A stretch of DNA of 64,000 nt. It comes from Lachnospiraceae bacterium. Lineage in GTDB: Bacteria; Bacillota; Clostridia; Lachnospirales; Lachnospiraceae. A model generated the notes under the pieces. It made no database searches. It was not told the origin of the DNA and worked only from the letters and a program-made list of their open reading frames with translations. The DNA lies in the NCBI GenBank assembly GCA_017553505.1, contig JAFZLD010000027.1, forward strand, positions 33,119 through 97,118, written 5' to 3'. Below are positions 1 to 10,048 of the stretch, piece after piece. A program made the position numbers and the translations under genes. How positions within the stretch are numbered: position 1 is the stretch's first letter; every line of letters starts with the position of its first letter.

Positions 1-35
1 ACATATTAACCTAAATTTTAATAGGAGGTACGGGC

Positions 36-575
36 ATGTCACGTATAGGTAGAATGCCAATCGCGATTCCTGCAGGCGTAACTGTAGAAGTTGCAGAAAA
101 TAACAAAGTGACCGTTAAAGGTCCCAAGGGAACTCTTGAGAGAGTATTACCCAAGGAGATGGAAATCAAGGTTGAAGGCGCAGAAGTAGTTGTTTCTCGT
201 CCCAACGACTTAAAGAAGATGAAATCTCTTCACGGTTTAACCAGAACACTAGTAAACAACATGGTTGTTGGTGTTACAAACGGTTATGAGAAGAAGCTTG
301 AAGTTAACGGTGTAGGTTACAGGGCTCAGAAGGCCGGTAAGAAGTTAACCTTATCCTTAGGCTATTCTCATCCGGTAGAAATGGAAGATCCCGCAGGTAT
401 CGAGACCGTAGTTGAAGGTAACGTTATCACCGTTAAGGGTATCGACAAAGAAAAAGTTGGCCAATTCGCAGCTGAGATCAGAGACAAGAGAAGACCTGAG
501 CCTTATAAGGGCAAGGGTATCAAGTATGCCGATGAAGTTATCAGACGTAAAGTTGGTAAGACCGGTAAGAAATAA
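36..575 (+). CDS. rplF: 50S ribosomal protein L6 (uL6)
   Basis: 179 aa; [24 protein letters not shown] motif; GGAGG upstream; sits before L18-S5-L30-L15-SecY as in the spc operon. Confidence 0.95.
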   Translation: MSRIGRMPIAIPAGVTVEVAENNKVTVKGPKGTLERVLPKEMEIKVEGAEVVVSRPNDLKKMKSLHGLTRTLVNNMVVGVTNGYEKKLEVNGVGYRAQKAGKKLTLSLGYSHPVEMEDPAGIETVVEGNVITVKGIDKEKVGQFAAEIRDKRRPEPYKGKGIKYADEVIRRKVGKTGKK

Positions 576-595
576 TAGATAAGGAGAGTGTAAAA

Positions 596-964
596 ATGGT
601 TAGCAAAGAATCAAGACAGGAAATCCGTGTTAAAAAGCACATGAAAATCCGTAACCGTTTTGCAGGTACAGCTGAAAGACCTCGTCTTGCTGTATTCCGC
701 AGTAACAACCATATGTATGCTCAAATTATCGATGATACAGTTGGTAAGACTTTGGTTGCAGCATCCACCGTTGAGAAGGATGTTAAGGCAGAGTTAAAGA
801 AGACCAATGACGTCGAAGCAGCAGCATATTTGGGAACTGTAATTGCAAAGCGCGCAATTGAAAAAGGTATTAAGACAGTAGTCTTTGACAGAGGCGGCTT
901 TATATACCAGGGTAAAGTAGCAGCATTAGCTGACGCAGCTAGAGAAGCTGGGTTGGAATTCTAG
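596..964 (+). CDS. rplR: 50S ribosomal protein L18 (uL18)
   Basis: 122 aa; [18 protein letters not shown] motif; operon context. Confidence 0.95.
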   Translation: MVSKESRQEIRVKKHMKIRNRFAGTAERPRLAVFRSNNHMYAQIIDDTVGKTLVAASTVEKDVKAELKKTNDVEAAAYLGTVIAKRAIEKGIKTVVFDRGGFIYQGKVAALADAAREAGLEF

Positions 965-981
965 GAAGGAGATCACATCAC

Positions 982-1491
982 ATGAAACGCACTATGATAG
1001 ATACAACTAACATGGAGTTTAGTGAAAAAGTAGTTTCCATCAAGCGTGTTACCAAGGTTGTTAAGGGCGGACGTAACATGCGTTTCACAGCTTTGGTAGT
1101 TGTAGGCGATGGTAACGGCCACGTTGGTGCCGGCCTTGGAAAAGCTGCTGAAATCCCGGAAGCTATTCGTAAAGGTAAAGAAGACGCAATGAAGAATCTC
1201 GTAAGCGTAGCGCTTGATGAGAACAAATCTATTTCACATGATTTCTTCGGTAAGTTCGGATCTGCATCCGTTCTTCTTAAGAAGTCCCCTGAAGGTACCG
1301 GTGTTATCGCCGGCGGTCCTGCTCGTAGCGTGTGCGAACTTGCAGGTATCAAGAATATCCGTACCAAGTCTTTGGGCTCCAACAACAAGCAGAATGTTGT
1401 TCTTGCTACAATCAACGGTTTGAGTCAGCTTAAGACTCCCGAAGAAGTTGCAGCAAAGCGTGGTAAGTCCGTTGACGAAGTCAGAGCATAA
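982..1491 (+). CDS. rpsE: 30S ribosomal protein S5 (uS5)
   Basis: 169 aa; [30 protein letters not shown] motif; operon context. Confidence 0.95.
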   Translation: MKRTMIDTTNMEFSEKVVSIKRVTKVVKGGRNMRFTALVVVGDGNGHVGAGLGKAAEIPEAIRKGKEDAMKNLVSVALDENKSISHDFFGKFGSASVLLKKSPEGTGVIAGGPARSVCELAGIKNIRTKSLGSNNKQNVVLATINGLSQLKTPEEVAAKRGKSVDEVRA

Positions 1492-1504
1492 GGAGGACTG
1501 AATC

Positions 1505-1699
1505 ATGGCAACAAAGAAAGTTAAAAAGCTTAAAGTTACTTTAGTGAAATCTACTATCGGCGCAGTTCCGAAGCATAGAGCAACTGTTGAAGCATTAGGT
1601 CTCCACAAGCTTCATCAGACAGTTGAACTTCCCGACAACGATGCTGTTAAGGGTATGGTTCAGCAGGTTAGACACTTAGTCAAAGTAGAAGAAGCTTAA
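1505..1699 (+). CDS. rpmD: 50S ribosomal protein L30 (uL30)
   Basis: 64 aa; KVTLVKSTIGAVPKHRATVEALGL; lies between S5 and L15. Confidence 0.9.
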   Translation: MATKKVKKLKVTLVKSTIGAVPKHRATVEALGLHKLHQTVELPDNDAVKGMVQQVRHLVKVEEA

Positions 1700-1714
1700 G
1701 GAGGAGGTGTCACA

Positions 1715-2155
1715 ATGGAATTATCTAACTTACAGCCTGCAGCAGGCTCTAAACACAGCGATAATTTTAGAAGAGGTCGTGGACACGGTTCAGGAAACGG
1801 CAAGACCGCAGGTAAGGGCCATAAGGGTCAGAAGGCTCGTTCAGGAGCACCCAGAATCGGTTTCGAAGGTGGTCAGATGCCTTTATACAGACGACTTCCC
1901 AAGAGAGGTTTCAAGAACAGAAATCACAAGGAAATCGTTGCAATTAACGTTAGCGCATTGGAAGTATTCGAAAACGGCGCAACCGTTGACGTAGAAGCTT
2001 TAATCGCACAGGGTATCGTTAAGAATCCCGAAGACGGCGTAAAGATTCTTGGCAACGGAGAACTTACCAAGAAGCTCAATGTTAAAGTTTCTGCTTACAG
2101 CGAATCTGCTAAAGAAATAATTGAGAAACTTGGTGGAACCGCAGAGGTGATCTAA
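1715..2155 (+). CDS. rplO: 50S ribosomal protein L15 (uL15)
   Basis: 146 aa; [24 protein letters not shown] glycine/lysine-rich N-terminus. Confidence 0.95.
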   Translation: MELSNLQPAAGSKHSDNFRRGRGHGSGNGKTAGKGHKGQKARSGAPRIGFEGGQMPLYRRLPKRGFKNRNHKEIVAINVSALEVFENGATVDVEALIAQGIVKNPEDGVKILGNGELTKKLNVKVSAYSESAKEIIEKLGGTAEVI

Positions 2156-3468
2156 TGTTTAATAAACTTAGAGACGCATTAAAGATTAAAGAAATCAGAG
2201 TTAAATTACTCTTCACACTTTTAATGATTATCATCATCCGAATCGGCTGTCAGTTGCCGGTTCCGGGTGTTGATCCCAATTATTTCAGAGACTGGTTCAA
2301 CAAGCAGACCAGTGATGCGTTCAACTTCTTAGACGCATTTACAGGTGGTTCGTTCTTAAATATGTCACTTTTGGCATTGAACATTACCCCCTACATTACA
2401 TCTTCCATTATCATGCAGCTTCTTACAATTGCGATTCCCGCACTTGAAGAAATGCAGAAGGAAGGCGGCGAAGGACGTAAGAAAATTGCTTCCATTACCC
2501 GTTACGTAACAGTAGCACTTGCTCTTATCGAGTCAGCAGCAATGACCATTTCTTTCGGTCAGGGCGGATTGCTTCGTGAATACAATGCGTTAAACATCAT
2601 CACCGCAATCGTGGCTCTTACTTCAGGTAGTGCCTTCGTTATGTGGATTGGTGAGAGAATCACCGAGAAGGGTATCGGCAACGGTATTTCAATTATCCTT
2701 CTTGTTAACATCATTGCAAGAATACCTCAGGATATGCAGGGCCTTATCTCTACATTCGTAACCGGTAAGCCCATCGCTACACAGGTACTCGCTATAGTAG
2801 TAATTCTTGCTATACTCGTTGCAATGGTAATGCTTGTAGTTTTACTTAACTCAGGCTTAAGAAAAATCCCTGTTCAGTACGCTCGTCGTTCACAGGGTTC
2901 CAAGATCGGCGGTGGCACAGCTACCAACATCCCGATCCGTATCAATACCGCAGGTGTTATTCCCATCATCTTTGCAACATCCTTGATGCAGACACCCGGT
3001 ATCATTTCATCCTTTGCAGGTTACAAGGGAACAGGCGTATGGAGCGTAATTCTTACATTACTTAGCTCCAGAAGCTGGTTTGACAAGAGCAGACCTGTTT
3101 ACACACTGGGAATTTTGATTTACATTGTACTTGTTATCGTATTCGCATACTTCTACACTTCGATTACTTTCAATCCCGTAGAGCTTGCAGATAACTTAAA
3201 GAAGTCAAACGGCTTCATCCCCGGCATTCGCCCCGGTAAGCCTACCAGTGATTACATTACAAACATCTTAAACGCTATCATCTTTATCGGCGCTGTAGGT
3301 CTTACAATTGTAGGTATACTTCCTTATATCTTCTACGGAGTATTCCGCGCAGAGGTAACCTTCCTCGGCACCAGCCTTATCATCGTAGTAAGCGTTATCA
3401 TTGAGACACTTACTCAGGTTGAGAGCATGATGCTTGTAAGAAATTACAAAGGATTTTTAAACCAGTAA
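2155..3468 (+). CDS. secY: preprotein translocase subunit SecY
   Basis: 437 aa polytopic membrane protein; ITPYITSSIIMQLL and GISIILLVNIIARIP segments; start overlaps the rplO stop (TAATG). Confidence 0.95.
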   Translation: MFNKLRDALKIKEIRVKLLFTLLMIIIIRIGCQLPVPGVDPNYFRDWFNKQTSDAFNFLDAFTGGSFLNMSLLALNITPYITSSIIMQLLTIAIPALEEMQKEGGEGRKKIASITRYVTVALALIESAAMTISFGQGGLLREYNALNIITAIVALTSGSAFVMWIGERITEKGIGNGISIILLVNIIARIPQDMQGLISTFVTGKPIATQVLAIVVILAILVAMVMLVVLLNSGLRKIPVQYARRSQGSKIGGGTATNIPIRINTAGVIPIIFATSLMQTPGIISSFAGYKGTGVWSVILTLLSSRSWFDKSRPVYTLGILIYIVLVIVFAYFYTSITFNPVELADNLKKSNGFIPGIRPGKPTSDYITNILNAIIFIGAVGLTIVGILPYIFYGVFRAEVTFLGTSLIIVVSVIIETLTQVESMMLVRNYKGFLNQ

Positions 3469-3483
3469 AAAGCACATAATATT

Positions 3484-3592
3484 CGGAGTGGGATTATTCC
3501 CGCTCCGATGTTGTGCGTTATAAAGAATGGGGTTGTTCTTTTGCTTTTTGTAACATCTTTCTTAGCCAAGGAAGTTATTGCAAAAAGCAAAA
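3484..3592 (+). promoter_or_regulatory. two stem-loops in the secY-adk spacer (10-bp stem 3484-3507; 12-bp perfect stem 3539-3550/3581-3592)
   Basis: CGGAGTGGGA-TTAT-TCCCGCTCCG; TTTTGCTTTTTG...CAAAAAGCAAAA ends 3 nt before the adk AGGAGG. Confidence 0.4.
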
Positions 3593-3612
3593 ATCAGGAG
3601 GTTATAGGTGTT

Positions 3613-4254
3613 ATGAAGATTATTATGTTAGGCGCTCCCGGCGCAGGTAAAGGTACTCAGGCCAAGATGATCAGCGAGAAGTACGGTCTTCCTCACGTAT
3701 CAACAGGAGACATCTTCCGTGCCAACATCAAGAACGGTACCGAACTTGGTAAGGAAGCCAAGAAGTATATGGATGCAGGTCAGCTCGTTCCCGATGAACT
3801 TACAGTTAAGATTTTGCTTGACAGAGTAGCACAGGACGATTGCAAGAACGGTTATGTTCTTGACGGTTTCCCTCGTACCATTCCCCAGGCAGAGGTTCTT
3901 GACAAGGCTCTTACAGAGCTTGGCGACAAGGTTGACTACGCTATCAACGTTGACGTTCCCGATGAGAACATCATCAATCGTATGTCCGGTCGTCGTGCAT
4001 GTGTAACTTGCGGCGCTACATACCATGTTGTATATGCTCCCACAAAGGTTGAAGGTATTTGTGACAAGTGCGGAAGCGAACTTATTTTAAGAGATGACGA
4101 TAAGCCCGAGACTGTTAAGAACCGTCTTGAGGTATATCATAAACAGACACAGCCCCTTATCGAGTACTATGATAAGAAGGGTGTACTTAAAGAAGTAGAC
4201 GGAACGGTGGATATGAATGAAGTCTTTAATTCAATTGTTTCCATTCTTGCGTAA
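3613..4254 (+). CDS. adk: adenylate kinase
   Basis: I chose the start at [16 protein letters not shown] (P-loop at the N-terminus) rather than the ORF-track start 3508; zinc-lid cysteines CVTCG...CDKCG; AGGAGG at 3596-3601. Confidence 0.93.
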   Translation: MKIIMLGAPGAGKGTQAKMISEKYGLPHVSTGDIFRANIKNGTELGKEAKKYMDAGQLVPDELTVKILLDRVAQDDCKNGYVLDGFPRTIPQAEVLDKALTELGDKVDYAINVDVPDENIINRMSGRRACVTCGATYHVVYAPTKVEGICDKCGSELILRDDDKPETVKNRLEVYHKQTQPLIEYYDKKGVLKEVDGTVDMNEVFNSIVSILA

Positions 4255-4267
4255 CAGAGGAGAAAAA

Positions 4268-5029
4268 ATGTCAGTAACAATTAAGTCGCCAAGAGAAATC
4301 GAATTAATGAGAGAATCCTGCAGAATTTTGGGTGAGGTATACGAGCAGCTCGTAACATACGTTAAGCCCGGAATGTCTACCAAGGACATCGACATTGAGG
4401 GAGAGCGCTTAATAAGAAGTTACGGATGTGTTCCCAATTTTTTAAACTATGAAGGATATCCGGCTTCCATCTGCGTATCGGTTAACGATGAAGTGGTACA
4501 CGGAATTCCCCGTAAAGACCATATTATTAAGGAAGGCGATATCGTAAGCCTTGATGCAGGTCTTATTTACAAGGGTTATCATTCCGACGCAGCCCGCACC
4601 GTTGCGGTAGGCAAGATATCACCCGAAGCGCAGAAGCTTATCGACGTAACACGTCAGGCTTTCTTTGAAGGCATTAAGTACGCTAAGGCCGGAAATCACT
4701 TATATGACATATCCAATGCCATTGATGATTATGTAACACCTTTCGGTTATGGTATTGTAAGAGACCTTGTAGGTCACGGAATCGGAACCTCTCTTCACGA
4801 GGAGCCCCAGATTCCCAACTTCCGTCAGAAGAGAAAGGGCATTCTTTTACAGCCCGGTATGACTCTTGCGATTGAGCCCATGATTAATATGGGTACATGG
4901 GAAGTTTGCTGGGACGATGATGACTGGACGGTCGTTACCGCAGACGGATCACTTTCGGCACATTACGAGAACACGATTCTTATTACCGAAGGCGAGCCCG
5001 AGATACTTACACTCGGTACTATGAAATAA
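4268..5029 (+). CDS. map: type I methionine aminopeptidase
   Basis: Start at MSVTIKSPREIELM (ATG 4268, preceded by GAGGAG); HGIPRKDHIIKEGDIVSLD and HGIGTSLHEEPQIPN metal-ligand motifs. Confidence 0.93.
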   Translation: MSVTIKSPREIELMRESCRILGEVYEQLVTYVKPGMSTKDIDIEGERLIRSYGCVPNFLNYEGYPASICVSVNDEVVHGIPRKDHIIKEGDIVSLDAGLIYKGYHSDAARTVAVGKISPEAQKLIDVTRQAFFEGIKYAKAGNHLYDISNAIDDYVTPFGYGIVRDLVGHGIGTSLHEEPQIPNFRQKRKGILLQPGMTLAIEPMINMGTWEVCWDDDDWTVVTADGSLSAHYENTILITEGEPEILTLGTMK

Positions 5030-5081
5030 GTGATATATCTTAAGTAGATTAAACTGATTACGAAATATATGGAGGAATTGA

Positions 5082-5300
5082 ATGTCTAAGCAGGATGTAA
5101 TTGAAATCGAAGGAACTGTAGTTGAGAAACTTCCCAATACCATGTTTCAGGTAGAACTTGAAAACGGTCACAAGGTTTTGGCACATATCAGCGGTAAGCT
5201 TCGCCAGAACTTCATCAGAATCCTTCCCGGTGATAAGGTAACACTTGAACTTTCACCCTACGACCTTTCCAAGGGCCGCATCATCTGGAGAGACAAATAA
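5082..5300 (+). CDS. infA: translation initiation factor IF-1
   Basis: 72 aa; [42 protein letters not shown]1-like OB fold. Confidence 0.95.
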   Translation: MSKQDVIEIEGTVVEKLPNTMFQVELENGHKVLAHISGKLRQNFIRILPGDKVTLELSPYDLSKGRIIWRDK

Positions 5301-5325
5301 GTCTTCAAAGAAATATTTTTTAGGT

Positions 5326-5354
5326 ATTGCATTCGTGAAAACGTTGTGATAAAA
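5326..5354 (+). promoter_or_regulatory. candidate sigma-A promoter inside the operon (TTGCAT-17-TGaTAAAAT)
   Basis: -35 TTGCAT 5326-5331, 17-nt spacer, extended -10 TGATAAAAT ending at 5354; upstream of rpmJ. Confidence 0.4.
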
Positions 5355-5430
5355 TGATACTCGGTCTTTTTTGGGCGAGAGGCTTTATTTTGCCCTAAAA
5401 AGCACACGGAAGAACTGAAAGGAGGACATC

Positions 5431-5544
5431 ATGAAAGTAAGATCTTCTGTTAAACCAATTTGCGAAAAATGCAAAGTTATCAAGCGTAAGGGCAAGATCA
5501 GAATTATCTGTGAAAACCCTAAGCACAAGCAGGTACAGGGTTAA
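5431..5544 (+). CDS. rpmJ: 50S ribosomal protein L36 (bL36)
   Basis: Not in the ORF track because it is under 60 aa. Hand translation gives [37 protein letters not shown]; GGAGG 5 nt upstream. Confidence 0.9.
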   Translation: MKVRSSVKPICEKCKVIKRKGKIRIICENPKHKQVQG

Positions 5545-5753
5545 TCCTTTACAGGATTTAAAGTATAGACGTAGACAGAGCCTACGAATAATACTTTTGA
5601 AACCGAGAGAGTTCGCTTAATTACGGAGAACTCGTACCTAGTCGGAAAAATCGGGAGCCGTCCCGATCGGGTGAGAAATCACCTCATTCAATTAGTTAAG
5701 CGCAATGGTGCGCACAGAAGCGATTTAGTCGCTAGAATTTGGAGGAATTAAAA
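5545..5753 (+). promoter_or_regulatory. structured 209-nt spacer/leader upstream of rpsM (candidate r-protein autoregulatory leader)
   Basis: At least six short hairpins are visible, e.g. ATCGGGA-GCCG-TCCCGAT, GGTGA-GAAA-TCACC, GCGCA-ATGG-TGCGC, GAGTTC-N13-GAACTC; no ORF. Confidence 0.4.
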
Positions 5754-6122
5754 ATGGCTCGTATCGCAGGTATTGATTTACCCAGAGAAAAACGTGTCGA
5801 AATCGGTTTGACTTACATCTACGGTATCGGTAGAACTTCCTCAAACAAGATTTTGGCAGACGCTAAGGTTAATCCCGACACTCGTGTTCGTGACTTAACC
5901 GATGATGAAGTTAAGAGAATCAGTGAAGTAATTGAAACTCACTATGTAGTTGAAGGTGACCTTCGTCGTGAAGTTGCATTCAACATCAAGACTCTTCAGG
6001 AAATCGGATGCTACAGAGGTATCCGTCATCGTAAGGGACTTCCCGTTCGTGGTCAGAAGACTAAGACCAACGCTCGTACCCGTAAAGGTCCCAAGCGTAC
6101 AGTTGCTAACAAGAAGAAGTAA
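5754..6122 (+). CDS. rpsM: 30S ribosomal protein S13 (uS13)
   Basis: Start at [26 protein letters not shown] (ATG 5754, GGAGG at 5741). Confidence 0.95.
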   Translation: MARIAGIDLPREKRVEIGLTYIYGIGRTSSNKILADAKVNPDTRVRDLTDDEVKRISEVIETHYVVEGDLRREVAFNIKTLQEIGCYRGIRHRKGLPVRGQKTKTNARTRKGPKRTVANKKK

Positions 6123-6161
6123 TTAACAGTAAATGATTTGGAGAAAGTAGGTTAGTTTAAA

Positions 6162-6554
6162 ATGGCAAAAGTTGCAAAGAAAGTAACAAAGAAACGTGTC
6201 AGAAAAAACGTTGAACGCGGACAGGCACATATTCAGGCATCCTTTAACAACACTATCGTTACATTAACAGATGCCGAAGGTAATGCTTTATCATGGGCAA
6301 GTGCCGGTGGTCTTGGATTCAGAGGTTCAAAGAAATCTACTCCCTACGCTGCACAGACAGCCGCTGAAACAGCTACAAAGGCTGCTTTATTACACGGCTT
6401 AAAGTATGTTGACGTATTCGTAAAGGGTCCCGGCTCAGGCCGTGAGGCTGCAATTCGTGCACTTGCTGCTGCAGGTTTGGAAGTTGTTTCTATTAAGGAT
6501 GTAACTCCCGTACCTCACAACGGATGCAGACCCCCCAAGCGTCGTCGCGTGTAG
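6162..6554 (+). CDS. rpsK: 30S ribosomal protein S11 (uS11)
   Basis: 130 aa; [27 protein letters not shown] motif. Confidence 0.95.
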   Translation: MAKVAKKVTKKRVRKNVERGQAHIQASFNNTIVTLTDAEGNALSWASAGGLGFRGSKKSTPYAAQTAAETATKAALLHGLKYVDVFVKGPGSGREAAIRALAAAGLEVVSIKDVTPVPHNGCRPPKRRRV

Positions 6555-6653
6555 TTGTATATTTTACTGATACATATATACGTAGTTTTTTAATTAGTTG
6601 GAAGAAGACGGCATAAGCCGCTGTAAACAATATTTTGAAAGGAAATTAAAACA

Positions 6654-7247
6654 ATGGCAATTAACAGAACTCCTGTGTTAAAAAGATGCAGATCCTTAGA
6701 TCTCGATCCTATCTTCTTAGGATATGACAAGAAGTCCAACAGAACCAGCGCTCGCGCAGGTAAGAAGATGTCCGAATATGGACTTCAGCTTCGTGAGAAG
6801 CAGAAAGCTAAATTCATCTACGGCGTACTTGAGAAGCCTTTCCGTAACTACTATGAGAAGGCTGATCGTATGAAAGGTATGACCGGTGAAAACCTTATGA
6901 CCATGCTTGAGTCCAGACTTGACAACGTAGTTTTCCGTATGGGCTTCGCACGTACTCGTAAGGAAGCAAGACAGGTTGTTGACCACAAGCACGTTCTTGT
7001 AAACGGCAAGTGCATCAACATTCCTTCATATCTTATTAAAGCAGGCGACGTAATCACTTTAAGCGACAAGGCTAAAGAGTTACAGCGTTATAAGGATATC
7101 CTCGAAGTAACAGGTGGCAGACTCGTTCCCGAATGGCTTGATGTAGACGCAGACGCATTCAAGGGAACTGTTAAGAATCTTCCTACCAGAGAGATGATTG
7201 ACGTACCTGTTAACGAAATGCTTATTGTCGAGTTATACTCCAAATAA
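6654..7247 (+). CDS. rpsD: 30S ribosomal protein S4 (uS4)
   Basis: 197 aa; LESRLDNVVFRMGFARTRKEARQVVDHKHVLVNG (S4 RNA-binding domain). Confidence 0.95.
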   Translation: MAINRTPVLKRCRSLDLDPIFLGYDKKSNRTSARAGKKMSEYGLQLREKQKAKFIYGVLEKPFRNYYEKADRMKGMTGENLMTMLESRLDNVVFRMGFARTRKEARQVVDHKHVLVNGKCINIPSYLIKAGDVITLSDKAKELQRYKDILEVTGGRLVPEWLDVDADAFKGTVKNLPTREMIDVPVNEMLIVELYSK

Positions 7248-7283
7248 TGTAATTTCACTTAAATCAAAAGGAGGGTATTTACT

Positions 7284-8249
7284 GTGTTTGAATTTGAAAG
7301 ACCCAATGTGGAAGTTGTTGAAGTGTCCGAAGATAAGAAGTATGGCAAGTTTGTTGCCGAGCCTCTTGAGAGAGGTTACGGTATTACCCTTGGCAATTCT
7401 TTAAGAAGAATCATGCTTTCTTCATTACCCGGCGCTGCAGTAAGCCAGATTAAGATTGAAGGCGTACTTCATGAGTTTTCATCTATTCCCGGTGTTAAGG
7501 AAGATGTTACAGAGATTATCTTGAACATCAAGAAGCTCGCTATTAAGAATACCAGCGATTCTTTCGAGCCCAAGACCGCTTACATCGATTTCACAGGTGA
7601 AGGCGTAATCAAGGCTTCCGACATTCAGGCTGATTCTGACATTGAAATTTTAAATCCCGATCTTGTAATCGCTACACTTTGCGGCGGCAAGGATGCTAAG
7701 TTCTACATGGAACTCACCATCACAAAGGGCCGTGGCTACGTAGGCGCTGACAAGAATAAAAACGATGATCTTCCCATCGGTGTTATCGCAATCGATTCCA
7801 TCTATACTCCCGTTGAGAGAGTTAACATGTCCGTTGCTAACACCCGTGTTGGTCAGGTAACTGACTTTGACAAGCTTACACTTGACGTTTACACCAACGG
7901 AACCCTTGCTCCCGAAGAGGCAGTCAGCCTTGCAGCTAAGGTATTAAGTGAGCACTTAAGCCTCTTCATCGATCTTTCCGAGGCAGGTCAGAAGACTGAC
8001 GTTATTACCAGCAAGGAAGATTCTTCCAAGGGCAGAGCTGTTGATGACATGAGCATCGACGAGCTTGAGCTTTCCGTTCGTTCTTACAACTGCTTGAAGA
8101 GAGCAGGTATCAACACTGTAGGAGAGCTTGTTAACAAGACACCCGAAGACATGATGAAGGTTAGAAACCTTGGTCGTAAGTCTTTGGACGAAGTATTGCT
8201 TAAGCTTAAGGAGTTAGGTCTCCAGCTTAACAACGCTGACGATATCTAA
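7284..8249 (+). CDS. rpoA: DNA-directed RNA polymerase subunit alpha
   Basis: 321 aa, GTG start; [20 protein letters not shown] in the NTD and [22 protein letters not shown] in the CTD. Confidence 0.95.
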   Translation: MFEFERPNVEVVEVSEDKKYGKFVAEPLERGYGITLGNSLRRIMLSSLPGAAVSQIKIEGVLHEFSSIPGVKEDVTEIILNIKKLAIKNTSDSFEPKTAYIDFTGEGVIKASDIQADSDIEILNPDLVIATLCGGKDAKFYMELTITKGRGYVGADKNKNDDLPIGVIAIDSIYTPVERVNMSVANTRVGQVTDFDKLTLDVYTNGTLAPEEAVSLAAKVLSEHLSLFIDLSEAGQKTDVITSKEDSSKGRAVDDMSIDELELSVRSYNCLKRAGINTVGELVNKTPEDMMKVRNLGRKSLDEVLLKLKELGLQLNNADDI

Positions 8250-8251
8250 AG

Positions 8252-8329
8252 TTAATAATGCGGTAAGTCCATAAGAGCGCGCATTAGAGTTTAATTGTGC
8301 GGTAAGACCATAAGAGCACGCATGAAAGG
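8252..8329 (+). repeat. tandem duplication (~38 nt, period 39) of a hairpin element in the rpoA-rplQ spacer
   Basis: TTAATAATGCGGTAAGTCCATAAGAGCGCGCATTAGAG versus TTAATTGTGCGGTAAGACCATAAGAGCACGCATGAAAG; copy 1 folds AATGCG...CGCATT. Confidence 0.5.
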
Positions 8330-8337
8330 AATTAAAA

Positions 8338-8820
8338 ATGGCAAAGTACAGAAAGTTAAGCAGAACATCTGCACAGAGAAAGGCTTTATTAAGAGGCCAG
8401 GTTACTTCTTTAGTAGCTAACGGTAAGATCGTTACTACCGAAGCTAAGGCTAAGGAAGTTCAGAAGATTGTTGAAGGTTTAATTGCACTCGCAGTTAAGG
8501 AGAAAGACAATTTCGAAACAGTTAAAGTAAACGCTAAGGTTGCTAAGAAAGATAAAGACGGCAAGCGCGTTAAGGAAGTAGTTGACGGCAAGAAAGTTAC
8601 CGTATACGAAACCGTAGAGAAGGAAATCAAGAAAGATGCTCCTTCCAAGCTTCATGCACGTCGTCAGATGCTTAAGGTTCTCTACACAGACGAGACCAAC
8701 AAGCTCTTCGATGAAATCGCTCCCAAGTACGTTAACCGTAACGGTGGTTACACCCGTATCGTAAAGATCGGCCAGCGTAAGGGCGATGCAGCAATGGAAG
8801 TACTTCTTGAGTTAGTTTAA
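8338..8820 (+). CDS. rplQ: 50S ribosomal protein L17 (bL17), long form with a Lys/Glu-rich insertion
   Basis: 160 aa; [21 protein letters not shown] and [17 protein letters not shown]; internal K/E-rich ~45-aa insert. Confidence 0.9.
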   Translation: MAKYRKLSRTSAQRKALLRGQVTSLVANGKIVTTEAKAKEVQKIVEGLIALAVKEKDNFETVKVNAKVAKKDKDGKRVKEVVDGKKVTVYETVEKEIKKDAPSKLHARRQMLKVLYTDETNKLFDEIAPKYVNRNGGYTRIVKIGQRKGDAAMEVLLELV

Positions 8821-8829
8821 TTCAACATT

Positions 8830-8859
8830 AAAGACCGGTGCACATGCACCGGTCTTTTT
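8830..8859 (+). terminator. intrinsic terminator after rplQ
   Basis: AAGACCGGTGCA-CA-TGCACCGGTCTT followed by TTTT. Confidence 0.85.
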
Positions 8860-8884
8860 GTATGCTGCAAATCATATAGTATAA

Positions 8885-9112
8885 TTAAGGCTCAGCGTCT
8901 TCCCCGCTCACACTTGTACTTGTACTGTAAGCTATATCAGGATTCTTATCCGCATATTGGCTGAGGGTCTCGTGACCGCTGATAACATGCACGATTATCA
9001 TGCAGATTATGATAATCAGTATAATCTTAAGCAGGGGCTGAATGATATTCTTTTGATAAGGCTTTAAAGCCTTTCTTATACGCTCAAATAGTTCTTTTAT
9101 CTTGAGTTTCAT
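8885..9112 (-). CDS. small hypothetical membrane protein (75 aa)
   Basis: Start at MKLKIKELF (AAGGAA 5 nt upstream on the minus strand); one hydrophobic helix LLKIILIIIICMIIVHVI; no recognisable family. Confidence 0.4.
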   Translation of the reverse strand: MKLKIKELFERIRKALKPYQKNIIQPLLKIILIIIICMIIVHVISGHETLSQYADKNPDIAYSTSTSVSGEDAEP

Positions 9113-9196
9113 CGTTATTCCTTGTATAATCAATTAGATTGAATTACAGTAATTTAAGTACACAAACAGTATATAACATCGACAGGTAATATAAAA

Positions 9197-10048
9197 GTGT
9201 CAATCATTCAAACAGACAACCTAACATTTGAATATATAAGGCGCGACGAAGAAGGCAACGTGGAAGGAATCACCACCGCTGTGGATAACGTATCGTTAGA
9301 AATCAACCGCGGTGAATTCGTAGCCATCTTAGGCCACAACGGTTCCGGCAAGTCCACTCTTGCCAAGCATCTCAACGCTATTCTTTTTCCGACAGAGGGA
9401 ACCGTATTCGTAGACGGCAAGGATACCAAGGAAGATGCGAATCTTTGGAATGTGCGTGAGACCGTCGGTATGGTATTCCAGAACCCCGACAATCAGATAA
9501 TCGGTCAGGTAGTAGAAGAAGACGTAGGCTTCGGCCCCGAGAACCAGGGCGTACCCACCGAGGAAATCTGGCAACGCATGGAAGAGAGCCTTAAGGCAGT
9601 GGGAATGTACGAGTTTCGTAAGAAATCCCCTAACCGCTTATCCGGCGGACAGAAGCAGCGTGTATCCATCGCAGGCGTCCTTGCAATGCATCCCAAGTGT
9701 ATCGTACTCGACGAGCCCACAGCGATGCTCGATCCTATCGGCCGCAAGGAAGTCATCCGTGCGGTAAGAGCGCTCAATGACGTAGAGAAGATTACGGCGA
9801 TCCTCATCACCCACTACATGGATGAGATAGTACATGCCGACAAAGTTATAGTAATGGACAAGGGTAAGATAGCGATGGCGGGCACACCGCGCGAGATATT
9901 TTCGCAGGTAGACAAGCTTAAGGCGTTAAGCCTTGACGTTCCGCAGGTCACCATGTGCGCCCACGAACTTAAGAAGGCGGGCCTTCCCATCCCCGACGGA
10001 ATTCTTACCAACGAAGAACTTATAAAGGCTTTGAAGCAATGTCAATAA
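9197..10048 (+). CDS. ecfA1: ECF transporter ATPase component EcfA1
   Basis: Walker [16 protein letters not shown], signature [17 protein letters not shown], Walker [10 protein letters not shown]; conserved rplQ-ecfA-ecfA-ecfT-truA order of Firmicutes. Confidence 0.85.
   Translation: MSIIQTDNLTFEYIRRDEEGNVEGITTAVDNVSLEINRGEFVAILGHNGSGKSTLAKHLNAILFPTEGTVFVDGKDTKEDANLWNVRETVGMVFQNPDNQIIGQVVEEDVGFGPENQGVPTEEIWQRMEESLKAVGMYEFRKKSPNRLSGGQKQRVSIAGVLAMHPKCIVLDEPTAMLDPIGRKEVIRAVRALNDVEKITAILITHYMDEIVHADKVIVMDKGKIAMAGTPREIFSQVDKLKALSLDVPQVTMCAHELKKAGLPIPDGILTNEELIKALKQCQ

Noticed and set aside
3508-3612. N-terminal extensions proposed by the ORF track for adk, and similarly for map (4217), rpsM (5739), rplM (12612), the SBP gene (16871), the C-S lyase (24062), XRE-PRT (33266), DegV (55211) and ABC-F (56276)
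   Set aside because: In each case a downstream ATG with a proper RBS reproduces the canonical family N-terminus, whereas the extension has no homology-like features.
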